DNA of 64,000 bases from Octopus sinensis. Taxonomy: Eukaryota. The notes under the pieces were generated by a model. The model saw nothing but the letters and a program-made list of their open reading frames with translations. It ran no database searches and was not told the DNA's origin. The position numbers and the translations under genes are program-made. The number at the start of each line of letters is the position of its first letter. Position 1 is the first letter of the stretch. The stretch covers positions 248,001 to 312,000 of the forward strand of contig NW_021832231.1 of assembly GCF_006345805.1 (NCBI RefSeq), given 5' to 3'. This document shows positions 10,670-22,818 of the stretch, piece after piece.

Positions 10670-11257
10670 GGACTGGGAGGCTCGTAGGCTCAACTCGGTC
10701 TCCAGTCAGTCCAAACGAGTAGCCACTTTTCATTATATTTAAGCCCACTCGTGACATGGCCTCTTACTAACCCTTCAATTATTTACTCAAAACAACCAAT
10801 TAATCTTTAAAATATGAATTATTATAAAGTCGTCATTATAATTTTCTTGTCCCAATCCTAGTATTAGAAGGTCTCCCTCGGTAGCGAGGAGTCCCATCAC
10901 ACAGGAGACTCTGAGTGGGCAATACGATCATGATCTTATTATTATCAATATATTAATAATATACTTTGGCAGGAAGAATCATTAGTTTTTGAGGATAAAC
11001 ACAATAGACAGACTGTAGGCCGCGGAATACCACGTTTCTCTGGAGTCAGCAGCCAAACGATTGAATCTACACATGTGTCCTCTCGTTGAATAAATGAATT
11101 ATTATTTATTCAAAGGGAAAAGCGAAAAAGAGAAAGAAAATTAATGAGAAAAGTATGCCTCTTCTGCGTGTTTCCCTCTTTTGTGTTTGACTCAAAATGC
11201 AAATTCTTTCTCAAGGACACTTCCAATTATTTTGGTCGCGTCTTCCATCTCCTGAGG

Positions 11258-11345
11258 CAGGTGTTCTCAGTCGGGGGCGAATACCCCCCTAGGGGAAAAA
11301 ATTCTGTACAGGGGGGCGATAATTAGGTCAAAGGGAGCGATAATA
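11258..11345 (+). mobile_element. hAT (Charlie/Buster-type) terminal remnant
   Basis: CAGGTGTTCTCAGTCGGGGGCGAATACCCCCCTAGGGG resembles CAGTGGTTCTCAACCGGGGGCG..CCCCCCAGGGG hAT ends and is followed by GG(G/A)GCGA subterminal motifs. Confidence 0.5.
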
Positions 11346-11349
11346 TATT

Positions 11350-11830
11350 TAATAAAATATTCGAATATAATACAAGTATTTATACATGTTAATTTTAATG
11401 TTTCAGATTTATTAACATTTCTTCTATAGTGTTTATCCTTAAAGCGATCAATTAAACAAATAAATTGCACAACGATCGCAGAATTTCTAGCCTCCAAATA
11501 TGGTATTGAGAGAATAGAAAGCATATGTGTGGAGTCTATCAAAACCGCCCAGAAGAATTGGTTAATCAAGAGGATCGAAGCTCTGCATTCCATATTATTC
11601 AAATGTCTAAATGACCAGAATATAGAAACTTCAAGTGGGTGGCTTTCGAGAGGAAATGTTTGAGGCACTATATTGCCTACTGCAGGACAGAAACCTGTTC
11701 TTTTCAACCAAGGGAGCATTGTGCAATCATTGCATAAGAAACAAAAAAACGATTGGGCATCAACACTGATTACCTCAGAAGACATAATGAGGTCGTGAGA
11801 TGTATTCATCTCCAGGAAGTACTCAATCAG
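11350..11830 (+). mobile_element. Degenerate RLE-type (R4/Dong/NeSL-like) non-LTR retrotransposon C-terminal fragment
   Basis: Across frameshifts on +: WLSRGNV, YCLLQDRNLF, CNHC..KTIGH, DYLRRHNEVVRCIHL. The 190-aa minus-strand ORF here is its antisense shadow. Confidence 0.75.
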
Positions 11831-11921
11831 CAAAATCACAAAATAGTTTTAACTTAATTAATACATTTTAAATTACATTTAATAGCATTTTATATTCTGC
11901 CCTTATTATTAGACAAAATAA

Positions 11922-12380
11922 TTAAAGTGGAATAGTTTGGTCGAGCATATGAGGGTAGTCTGCCCGTACTTTATCAACACAGGCCCTGAAAGTCTCCTCA
12001 AAGCCCAACGAATCGTCAAATTTGAGGAATTGGGAGACAAATCTACTCCCATTAAAACACACAGCACATTTCACACGCAGATTGACCGACTTGTCCACCC
12101 AGGAGATCTACAGGCTCACATTGGGCGAATTCCTTGTAAAATCGTCTACAGATTATGAGGAGGTCGTACTCTCGGATGTCATCGTGCACGAATTTGAGAG
12201 AAGGGACCCCCCTTGGCTGATTTACGATAACCCGTGGTCTGAAGGACGAGCATACGTTGTACCAGATGGGGATACTTGGTAGTAAACCACTCTTCACTAG
12301 CCCGTCCATCCTATATCCATGAGTGACCACAACCACCTTCTCATAAGGGGAGCCACCACATAATTACAACTCCCAACCAT
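11922..12380 (-). CDS. MRPS23: Mitochondrial ribosomal protein S23 (3 micro-introns)
   Basis: Spliced MVGSCNYVVAPLMRRMDGLVKSGLLPSIPIWYNVCSSFRP..VHDDIRERFYKEF..DLL..FVSQF follows the mS23 pattern MAGS..R..L..AG..PLWYDV..F.P..ED.IR..FY. Confidence 0.7.
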
Positions 12381-12450
12381 GATAAATATATTTATTATAC
12401 TTTTAAATATATATTATTAATAAAATTATTAGTAAAATAATTATTATCAC

Positions 12451-13315
12451 TTATTTATCCAAAACATTGTCAGATTTAAGTCGCTCAAATAATTCCCGCG
12501 CATCCTGTAACATAACCTTAGCCTTTTTAATCTCAGGAATATCAATCTTAACAACTTCAAAATGACCCCCCAAGCTAATCCCCAGCTTATCAAGACTCAA
12601 ATCCTCCAACGGCTTCCTTTTAGCTTTCTACAGTGCCAACAGTGACCAACCATAATATTGGGGAGAGTGGCATATCGGGGAGTATTCAGGCGGAGGTCTG
12701 CGGAAATGACACACGGAATAGGCACTTCCACTGTCTCCAGCCCACAATCCACTTCTCTCACAACCCTCACTGATTCAGGCGACGTGAATTCGATCTTTGA
12801 GGCCACAGTGGCCTAAAATGGAGGAAAAGTGGATAACTTGTGGCCAGTCCAAGAGGGAGGCAACCATGGGGGCAGTCTGGCCACTGTCCGAGTCAATTGA
12901 CTGCTTCCCCAGCAAAACCATGCCAATATTCTCACTTTTAACAAGTTTGGAGAATATTTTGGCAAATAAAAGTGACTCAGAAAGGGCCATTTGGGAGGGT
13001 TGGATGTTGACGTGGATTGCTCGGTCAGCCCCCATTGCCAGGGCTGTCCTCAGGGTTTCCTAGGCTGGGGGGGTTGGGAGGACTTTGCAATCTGGGGGAC
13101 CACAGGAGACTGCGATTATTTCCTTGGCTTTTCCACTTTCCTTCATTTTTATGGCTTCTTCGAGTGCTACTTCGTCGAATGGATTAAGTGAGTGTTTGAT
13201 GCCATCGGAGAGCACAGATGATTTGTCAGGAGTCAGTCGAATCTATTTTACTAAGGTTAGTCCCTACTTTCACGACATAATCAATCACTCTTTTACAGCC
13301 CACAAGAATTTTCAT
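12451..13315 (-). CDS. ETFB: Electron transfer flavoprotein beta subunit
   Basis: [81 protein letters not shown]; complete after splicing 22-26 nt introns. Confidence 0.97.
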
Positions 13316-13675
13316 CAAAATGTATTATAAAAATTTTATTTCACAAATTTATGCATATTTATAACCAAAAGTCATTAAAGTCATTTCAAAAGAATTGTTA
13401 GCTTATTATTTGCATCATTTTAAATTATTATATTTTTATTTACTTTCGATGTAGTTTTATAGGTCATTTAGAACAATCTTCGTCTTTTATGCCCCACTAT
13501 CATAGTCGGTACATAGAGGTCTTCGTCCGCACGTATTCCTGATTCACAAGACTCCTTCGGACACCCAATCACTGCCTCTTCGGGAACCGATATTCCACGG
13601 GAGACTTTATTGTTTAAAATGTTGTGTTCCCATTAAATATGGAAAATTTTCAACATTGAAGAATATCGTCCAACT

Positions 13676-14820
13676 TTGAAGCACAAAAAGAGATTAGAAT
13701 CAGTTAATGTCCGAATAAAGTTGATTTCTAAAAATGTTGTTTCCGAAGATTCTTTCGCAATTAGTTTGGTCGAAATGATGACCAAAACAAATATTCCGCT
13801 GTTCAAATTAAGGGATGTCCATTTTCAAACTTTTTTGAAAATTTGGGATTTAAACTGCCTAGTGAGACCATTCCAGAAATCTTGTTTCCACTATTTTTGT
13901 CAAACAGGTAGAAAAACTTTCAAATTTTCAAATTTCAAAGGGAGTCAAATATTAAAGGGAGTCAAATATTTTTAGTAATTGACGAAACCCAACATTTTTT
14001 AAAAAATATGTGAACATTATTGCTGGGAAAATTGACAACCCAACATATATTTATTTAATTGACTCTATTTGTGTTGAGACGTGTGATCCAAGATGATTGC
14101 TTACGAAATTACAAGTTGAGAGAAAAAAGTTTGTTTTCCTGCACCATATATGATGTCAGCCGTTTTAGCATACGTATATTTTATCCGAATATCATTCATC
14201 TTCTTTGTTCATTTACTTCATAATTGTGCACTAAAAGTGCTTTCTCACTATCAAGACATCGATTTCTTAATATCATCGATGAAGATTGTGACGCTTAAAA
14301 ATTGTCAAAAGTTTTTTTCAGAATTTGGTCTACCTTCAGATGTTGTTGTCACAAGTTTGGGGCAGCTGGCTTAATGCTGCAACATATTATTCAAAAAATT
14401 TGAACAAAATCTCCGAAAGATAGTTTCCTCGTTATCGAATTATTGAAAAATTATTTTGAATGCAAAGATGGCGATAAATTCTGATTGACTAGAGCGGAAC
14501 CAAGCAAACATAGCATCATACAACTGTCTAAGCAAAGGAATAAAGAAATGTGAAGATACTATTTATATTGTTAAAGATGTTATTCAATGTATTAATTCTA
14601 TCGAATTTGGGGAAGATCCATGTGAGATTGCACAATATTAAAAAAAGAACAAATTCAATGCCATGGAATAGCATTCAATAAGCTAATTTGTGAGATTTCC
14701 CTGCTGAATAATTCGTGTATTTATGGAAATGTCCGGGAACCACATTATCTGTCGAAAGAAGTTTCTCGATGCTAAAAAAACTATTAGCGAAAGGCAGAAA
14801 CTTCAAGGAGGAAAATATTA
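13676..14820 (+). mobile_element. Degenerate hAT-like (CGGBP1-related) transposase
   Basis: NIPLFKLRD..FQTFL, APYMMSA, HLLHNCA..IDFLISSMK, LP..VVT(R)WGSWLNAATYY. AAGGTCAT(A/T)T-type subterminal repeats near 13370-13470 and 15025-15060. Confidence 0.7.
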
Positions 14821-15176
14821 AACCTTATTAAATGTGTTATTTTAAAAAAATTTAATTCTTAATGAGATATAAGTTCCACTAGAACTGACGTAAGGTGAAT
14901 GATTTATTAACCATGTATTTTTGGGAAGTACGTGGTTGTGGGTTAAATCCCAGCCTCTTGGAAAATTTTATTTAAAATTTTAAATTGCTGAATTTATCTG
15001 GCTATAAAGTCACATTTTCTAACCAATAAGGTCATATATTCTAATTATAAGGTCATATTTGTGGTTGCTAAACAACCCAGTCCCAATTAATAGAAAAAAA
15101 TAAATAACACCATTCCTTGCTGATTAATAGGTAAATAACAGCATATAATAACAAAAAATGAATGTCTGACGCATCT

Positions 15177-16850
15177 TCAGACAAACTGACTGGCATACCT
15201 CATGGCGGGGACATTGGGGTGAGGCTATCAACATAATCAAACTACTCCCACCACAGCAGAGAAAGTAGAAAACTTAGGACTGAGATCATCGTGTGTGAGT
15301 GTAATATACGCCCCCAAATTGCCCACAGAGTCACTAACATTACCAGACCTACAAACCAATAGTTCGGGGCAGAAAATATTGTAATACACGCAGAGTCGTG
15401 CTCGATGTCGTACCCCTTCTCCTTCACCTCGTGACTCCGAATAATGTACCGCAACTGATTGGTCTCCAGAAACCGTTTAGTAACATCAGGACCGAACTGA
15501 ATCCCCACCCCTCGCTTGCTTTCCCCCACCCCCTCACACACCTGGGGGTCAGACCACAGAAGATCAGACATCAAACTCCCTAAAATAAACAACTCCTCCA
15601 CCAACCTTGATCAGGGGGCTGACAGACACGTTTTATGTTTTTAATATCCTCAATCGTCGTGTCAGTGGAAGACAGTCCTCCATGGACTACGAATACCTGT
15701 TGGTCGATGAGGTAGGCCAATGGGAGGTTGTTGAACAGATTAGTAAAACTCATCATCAAATCGGAGTTATATTTGTGCTTAACCTCCCCTTCGAATCCGT
15801 ACATTTGATTCATTGTCACTGTCTCGTGGTTGCCTGCACTCAGTCAGTCCATCAACCTCTGTTCAGGAAAAAACTGTTCGGGAATAACAAATTGTAGGAA
15901 ATCAGCAGGAGAATGCACTCCACTGAAAAAGACCCACGATCCACAAAATCTCCGTTAAAAAGCTATTTTTGATCAACCGATATTCTTACATAGGCATTGT
16001 CATCAGAAGGGGGTCCGTTCATTTCAAAAATGTGGAGAAGGTCGTAAAACTGGCCGTGAATGTCTCCACAAATAGTCAGTTTGGAATATTTGGACAAGTC
16101 AATTTCCCTCAGAGTGGGCAACCTTCTCTGCAATTCGGTCCCCAATTCGACCAACTATTTCCATTTAAATCACCTTCAAACCTGAAATGCATATTTTTTA
16201 TGTAAAAGTTTCTGATTTCTTAAACATTCAGTCAATTCTTCTACAAACTGGCCCGTCACTTGTCTCTGACTGAGAACTGGCCCGTCATATGTGTCCTCAA
16301 CCACTATAATTGTGATATATAAATAAACCAATCTTGTCAATGTCCTTTGTGGAAAAAGCTGAGTTCAAATCTATCGAATTGAGAGCCTTCAATGTCTTGT
16401 TTCGTGTGAGTGTTTTCTCACATTCGTTTCGTTTAGAAATAGCAAATTTATCTCCTTTGCAGACCTTAAGAACCTACAGACTGAAATCAGAAAAGATTAC
16501 GCTGTCAAAGTCTCTGAGAGCTTCTTTGAATTTTCCTAAGGCCATGTAAGCACATGCACGTCGGTAGTAGCCCTGCTAATTGGGGACATGGATAGACTTT
16601 AAGGAAGTTCTCGTTTTGTTGAATTGAGTTATTTGCGTCGGCCACAGCGGCTCCGTAGCATTCGAGTTTGAGGTGGGTTATGCTTCGATTGGCGTAGAGG
16701 ATGGCCAAATCCTCGCCAGGAGATGTGGCCTCGATTGCCTTGGTGTAGTATTCGAGAGCTTGGCTTAATTTATTATCTAAGATGTGCTTTCATTTATTGA
16801 CCTTTAAAAAATCCATTGGCGAGCCCACGTAGGCTAAGACCGTCTGACAT
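15177..16850 (-). CDS. PPP5C: Serine/threonine protein phosphatase 5 (TPR plus PPP catalytic domain)
   Basis: [32 protein letters not shown]; [11 protein letters not shown]; [10 protein letters not shown]; VVHGGL; DLLWSDP; [10 protein letters not shown]; IFSAPNY; C-terminus [15 protein letters not shown]. Confidence 0.97.
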
Positions 16851-16906
16851 GTGCTTTTTAAAACTGTATTAAATATTTTATTAAATGAAACAACAATTTT
16901 AATTGT

Positions 16907-18140
16907 CTAAAACAAATAGTAAAAATTATTTATCATCTTAACTCTACTGATTGAATCAAATGCTTTAGATATGTCAATTCTCATTATGTGATACTCCTCT
17001 TTATATTTTTGGCACAAAGCACACATCCATTTGTGGGTCCAAACAGCATCGGAATTTAATCTTCCAGAGACAAATCCAATTTGGCTAGGTCCTATAAATT
17101 CATGTAGTGGGCCTTTAATTCTCTCCAGAGCAATTAGTGATAAAATTTTACGCAGTGAGTTGAGTAGTATGATTGGTCTTAAGCTGTTTAGCTTTCCTTT
17201 TTTCTTCCCCGCTTTATGTAAGGGGATTAAATTTCCGATTCCAATGTTAATTATGGACTGTTCTTCAAAAGTTTTGTTCAAAATGTAAGTAATAAGTTTT
17301 TGAAGCTCTTCAGGAGCATATTTCATGAGCTCTGCATTAACATTATCTGGACCTGGAGCTTTTGAGTTGTTTGGTCTGGTCACAGATTTTTTAACTTTCG
17401 TTAAAGTAATTTTTTTTGATAGCTTTCTGGGCGCTCCATCAAAAGGATAAAGCGTTTCTTCGTTGTCAAAATTCGAAATATTTTTCAAAGTGGTCGGCTA
17501 TAGTGTCTGTGCGTGGTTCTTCCGAGTTCATCATGAACTGTTAGGTTTTCAGATTTCTTCTTTCGCGCTAGCATCTTTACAGATGCATACATTTGCGCTT
17601 CGTTTTTGTACTTTCCCACTTCATTTTCAAGGTTTTGTAGCCTTGTTTCGTAATTTTTCTGACATTTTTTCTTGATTTATCGCATGATTTTGTTTCTTTG
17701 GATTTTGAACTCATCTGCTTTCACTTGGTTGTGGGTGTTTATGTATTTGATACGTAGATCCTTTTGTAAATGAGAAAGATAATATATATCCGGGTCATGT
17801 ATTTCTTTGAAGGTTTTGGGAATTGTCCCAATCGTATGTTTAGCCACTGATTATATTTTGTTTGCGAGTTTATTCCATATACTTTCACCAGGTAAATTGA
17901 GATTGATCGATTCTATGGTTTGTGATATTTTAGTTGAGTAGTTATTTCTGTAGTCAGGATTGTTTCTTAAGAGTTCGATTGCAAATCTGGCTTCTCTGTG
18001 TCTGTTTTTGACTCTGTTAATCTAAAATCTTCTCTTTAGGAGAAGTTTGATTACCAATAGTTTATGATCACTTGATGTTATTTGAGAGCGATTTATTCTC
18101 TTTCAAATCAAAGTCGGATTATATAGCAGTTTAGGAGATT
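16907..18140 (-). mobile_element. RTE-like LINE fragment (end of endonuclease plus N-terminal half of RT), 3'-truncated
   Basis: SDHKLLV; KAPGPDNVNAELMKY; LRPIILLNSLRKILS; DISKAFDSI. Stops and frameshifts upstream. Confidence 0.85.
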
Positions 18141-18638
18141 ACGTTCTTTAAAAGAAAAACACAAACTTTGTTAAGTATGTAACTGTGACAATTGGCGAGA
18201 TTAAAAAATATAGAAGCTTCGACATAGACAGTCCACTTAATGACGCTCAAAGCTTCTTTAAGCCAACTTCTGAAAAATAATATCTCTTCTTTGCAGGAAA
18301 ATAAATCCTCTTAAAACTTCAGCTCACCTGACATTGTCCTGAAAACAAAATGATGTACGCAAAAACTGCTGTATAACACTCCAGATGTAATTCTGCCCTT
18401 GCTGATTAATTTTGCAGAAATACTCAGTTCCACTCTTACTTATTAAAGAAGTCAGGAAATAAGTGAAAATTAGTTTGTGTAGGAAATTACAAAGCCTAAG
18501 AAGAAAGTACTACTCTTTCTCTCCAACAACTATCTACCCTAGGCATTGATCAGCTGAAACATTGACAGCTTAAATTTCTCATGAAAACAGTCCTAATTTT
18601 ATTAATCGAATAAACAGAGGTTAGTGAGTATATATTAG

Positions 18639-19017
18639 TCATTCATCTACCTCATAGCCGACTCCTGGAATGGGGTTAACTTTGGGGTTGTGGAAAAGTG
18701 TGTGTTTCCCGTCTCCCCATGGGTAGTTCTACTAATTTTACAAATTGAATTTGCCCTCTTTCGGGTATACAGGTGATCATATGGAATGTACTCTGGTCGA
18801 TGATAGTGCTTCAGGTGCTCCATTTCACGATTGTAGACAAACACAGCCACAGCTCCCAGGGTAGGTAGGCCTATCAGAAAAGATATATAACCCCATTTTG
18901 ATCCATGGTCTGAATAGATACACAATGCATATTATTACGGTCAGATCCGCGGGCATATCTCTCATTGACATTAATAAAACGACTAAACGAATGTGTAAAT
19001 TGTTTGAGTCTCAACAT
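18639..19017 (-). CDS. COX6A: Cytochrome c oxidase subunit 6A
   Basis: Transit peptide, then KWGYISFLIGLPTLGAVAVFVY..HRPEYIPYDHLYTRKR|NYPWGDGKHTLFHNPKVNP. The second intron (18729-18754) must be GC-AG. Confidence 0.93.
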
Positions 19018-19134
19018 CACCAGAAACTATATTATTAAATTAAAATTTAATTAATTAAAATTATTTATTTATGATAAATTATCAAACGGTTATCGTTTGA
19101 AGAATTAATGACGCAAACCAATGTCAAAAAATAA

Positions 19135-20042
19135 TGTTGCATAATATGTGACATGAGCTGATAAATACGAATGGGCAACCGGTTACATTTTACCTTAAAC
19201 AAATCATACAATTTTAATCATTGATTAAACTTTGGCATATTTTATTTATTAAATAAAATTGCTTGATTTACTTCGACTTGATTATTTAATAAAATGTTAA
19301 TTATTTCAGCAATTGGATAAAATGGAGACTCAAATTTATCTTACCGGAACATAGAGTTTCTCTCATTGTCTGTTTTAACTCGAATTTATCTATTATTTTT
19401 ATCTAACTTTATCTCCGACACTAAATTCGCATTTAATTTTGTGGACATTCATTTTCCTATTTTTCCCCTCATTGTACGCGGTTTTTTTTCTTTTTGCGAT
19501 TCGGTGTGAAATCATGTAAACGATTTTTAATAATAATAAATTAATGGCAAAATAAAATGAATCATCTATTTGCCGAATATTATGGACATGGACAACGCTT
19601 AACGCATGAGAAATATTTGGGCAATTCTAATTGTTCAAGTTCAAAAATTTCAAACTTGATTTAAATCCGCTTGATTGAAACTCAGCTTACTACGAGTCAA
19701 TGAATAGGAATGAATGTCCACAATATTAAATAAGAATTTATTGTCGGAGATAAAGTATACTTATCTAAGTTATACATAGTCAAGTTAAAAAAGATTATAG
19801 AACGAACTCTTTGTTGCGGTTAGATAAATTCGAATCTCCATTTTATCTAAAAGTCGAAATAATTAACATTTATCAAATAATCGAGTCGAGATAAAGCAAG
19901 CATTTTTAAATAGAGTATTCTTTGAAAGTTAATCTATGATTAAAATATTATGATTTGTTCAAAGTAAAATTAAGATTTTTGTAAGGTAAAATGGAATTTT
20001 GCCAATTCGTATTTATCCGCCAAGTCACATAATACATGCAAA
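19135..20042. repeat. Long degenerate inverted repeat; the arms are head-to-head decayed paralogous genes
   Basis: ~19135-19470 aligns to the reverse complement of ~19700-20042, very roughly 70% identity by eye. Outward-facing starts MSTKLNANLVSEI (19448, -) and MSTILNKNLLSEI (19714, +). Confidence 0.8.
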
Positions 20043-20175
20043 TATCAGGATTCGACTCTCGGTACCGAAATTTGTATTATATTATTTGAAGAGTGGAATA
20101 TAATGATAAAACACAAAAATTGATTGTTAGTAACCGAAAAAATTAAAATTAGTTAAATAATTAGTAATATCCTGA

Positions 20176-21901
20176 TCAATAGGGGTTCAATTCAACAATG
20201 TAGTTAAAATTATTTTTGATACAGATTGCTTTCCCCTGACATTTAATAACAAGACATACCTGTACTATGTTATTGGAAACGGTCGGATAGACATTACAAG
20301 TATTGCCAGTAATGTTAGAAGATGTGAAATTATACGGACTTTTAGGAGCACATGCGGAAAGGTAATGGTCTGACGGACAAGTAACAGAAACGGAATTTGC
20401 TGTTCCAGTTTGTGCAACAAATGTAGCATTGCTATCAATTTGGAGTCCATAGGGTTCTAATATGATGATTTATCAATATACTTTCACATATGATTTTAAC
20501 ATTTTGAGTATTTGTTACATAGTAATAGCATTGATTATTGATGATGTACTGAGCGTTTAGGATCTGATTTGCATCCAAAATGCAGTTTAAAACACGTTCT
20601 CCAGCGGGACATGACAAAATAGATACACCGGAATTAATAACTTGATGCACGTAACTAATAACCGAGTGTGGAAACTCTTGGCAATAAGCAATAGTCTAAA
20701 ATATAACTCACATTCAAACCTTATCATTATGAGAAATGCATTGAGTTCCTCTGATAAAGCCAATAGCTTCTATCGAGTGGCACTCAACCAATTTAGTCCC
20801 GATAGGACAAGAGACATCGGCTGCCCCTCCTGTGGCACTGACTTGTCTTATTTTTGGAACAAACTATTAAAATAGCATATTTACTTATCAAAATTGCTTC
20901 GACGATACAGCCAACGCAAGGACTTATAAACAGGCATTTATTCGTTAGAATGTTCTTTATGCTCAAAAATGATAGGTTAGGAGGAAAACTAAAGTTCCTT
21001 ATAAACATGTAATACCTAGTTATGGTGCATCCTGTGACATAGTCAAGAGATGCTTGCTGAGAACTCGGAGTTACAACAACGGTTTTCAGTTCGTCGTCTT
21101 TTACACATTGGGCAATGGCCTTTTAATACAACAAAATATTGAACTTTAAATCCATTTTGAATTTCTGAAAAAGTGGCAATGCATTGGAAGCCAGTAACTC
21201 TAGTGGATAAGCACTTGTCGACTGAACTGCACTCACACGTCATTATTGTATATCCCGTGGGACAGACCACAGATGAGCTGTTTTTTCCATTGGAGGAGAT
21301 TGCTTGAAAGCCGGTAACATTCATATTAATTTCCTCTATTTTATATTCTAAACTAACAAACCAAGACAGGTTATTTCCGCGACAGTTCTACCATTGAAAT
21401 TTGGATTGGTGCGAGTAAAATCGCATTGGTTGTTTGTAATTTGTTTTGTATACAAATTTGATGCTATCCATCTGCAAAAATAGGCACATCCAATTCATAC
21501 GGGTTGTATATACGGCAGTCACTAATAACCGAATTTAGCGGACATGTCAATGTCATACTGTTAAACATATTTCTTCTTATCAAAATGGATTTGTATTTTG
21601 TCAAAGGGACGCATGTCCCCGTAATCTGAATAGAACATCTGATTTCGGGTTATTACCGTGTAATCTTGATTGTTAGCACCTTTTCCATAGCACATTGTTC
21701 CTTGCATGAATGTTCCGTCAGCCAGTCCAGTGAAATCACACTTTGAAAAAATCATAGCTGGTGGACAAAAAATTGTAGTCGCACGGTCGTTCCCAGAAAA
21801 TGTTGCCGAACTTATTTGTACTTCTCCAACGACTATAATTATAAAAATACATTTTGAATACACTGCTGTGTGATGTAAGATAGGAAAAGAATTAGAATCA
21901 T
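20176..21901 (-). CDS. Secreted protein with ~7 tandem four-Cys modules (resistin/PCSK9 C-terminal-like spacing)
   Basis: Signal-like MILILFLSYITQQ, then repeats of CP-x(7-8)-C-x(13-20)-C-x(7-18)-C such as VCPTGYTIMTC, SCPIGTKLVEC, SCPAGERVLNC and TCPSDHYLSAC. About 8 micro-introns; one junction near 20845-20885 is ambiguous. Confidence 0.75.
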
Positions 21902-22539
21902 GTCAATTTAGTAAAAAAAATTTTAATATATATACTACCTGGAAGTCATCTGCTTACACAATTTGTGTAAAAACAATTAGTGATTATTTATTCCAGATTT
22001 TATTTCTACAGATTAATTAGATTCACAGCATGTCAGTTAATTTTTATTAACATCACAATATGTGGAAAGAATTGCTTTGCTGTTGATGCAAAAAATGGCA
22101 ATTGAATTTTCTGTTAGAGTCATGCTGATTTCCGTGGTTTACTTCTATGGAGAGCAATTCTTCTTCCAATGTCGTGTTGTTTTTTAATATCTTTGGGAAT
22201 GATTTGAAATTTTCTCCTATTATAAGGACATTTTACCATCAACCACAGAAATATTCCAAAAATTCAGAGTCCTTTATATTTTGCAGCTATCTAATATTAT
22301 TCTTTGCAGGATTTGATTCGCTTCAATCTTATTCGTTCATAACAGTAGCATAGTTTTTGAAATTTCCTGTATTTGTTTGGGACGAGGAAAATTTCCTAGT
22401 TTTAGTTTTTTTTCTTTTCCAAAGCATTTCCCTTTCCACAACTATTAACTCAGGAAACTGTCTTTAAACAAAATCTTAAAGTTTGCATTAAATAATGTTG
22501 GAATTGTCGAAATTAAATATTAAAACATTAATGATTAGA

Positions 22540-22818
22540 CTAATCCTGTTTTGGGCACATTCCTCCATTGAGAATGGAAGGACTGTCATTCAAAAACCAC
22601 AGTGCATGTCCAATGAAGTAAGTCACAAGAGCCAATACACCCAACGTGACTACCACAAAGTTAAACATGACAGTGTCCATCACAATGTAGTCCTCCACCA
22701 CATTATGACCTCCCAAGACTCCCCTCTTCTCAATATTATGACTCCCCTCTCCACTTTGACTGAATATGACATGATTTGGAAAATGTCCCTCGATTTGGTC
22801 ACCCATCTGAGCTAACAA
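22540..22818 (-). CDS. Possible small single-pass membrane protein exon
   Basis: 92-aa ORF in a higher-GC island with hydrophobic run FNFVVVTLGVLALVTYFIGHALWFL; no homology recognised. Confidence 0.25.
   Translation of the reverse strand: MLAQMGDQIEGHFPNHVIFSQSGEGSHNIEKRGVLGGHNVVEDYIVMDTVMFNFVVVTLGVLALVTYFIGHALWFLNDSPSILNGGMCPKQD

Noticed and set aside
11267-11839. 190-aa minus-strand ORF
   Set aside because: It is antisense to recognisable LINE motifs on the plus strand and has no independent homology.
16245-16295. Repeated ACTGGCCCGTCA resembling the Tc1 inner repeat
   Set aside because: It lies in a PPP5C coding exon ([15 protein letters not shown]); the similarity is coincidental.
19712-19970. 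Frame that looks open if TAA/TAG encode Gln (ciliate-type code)
   Set aside because: Conserved genes (ETFB, RPL26, PPIL6, RALGAPB) end at TAA or TAG at the expected positions, and a different frame explains the conservation between the arms.
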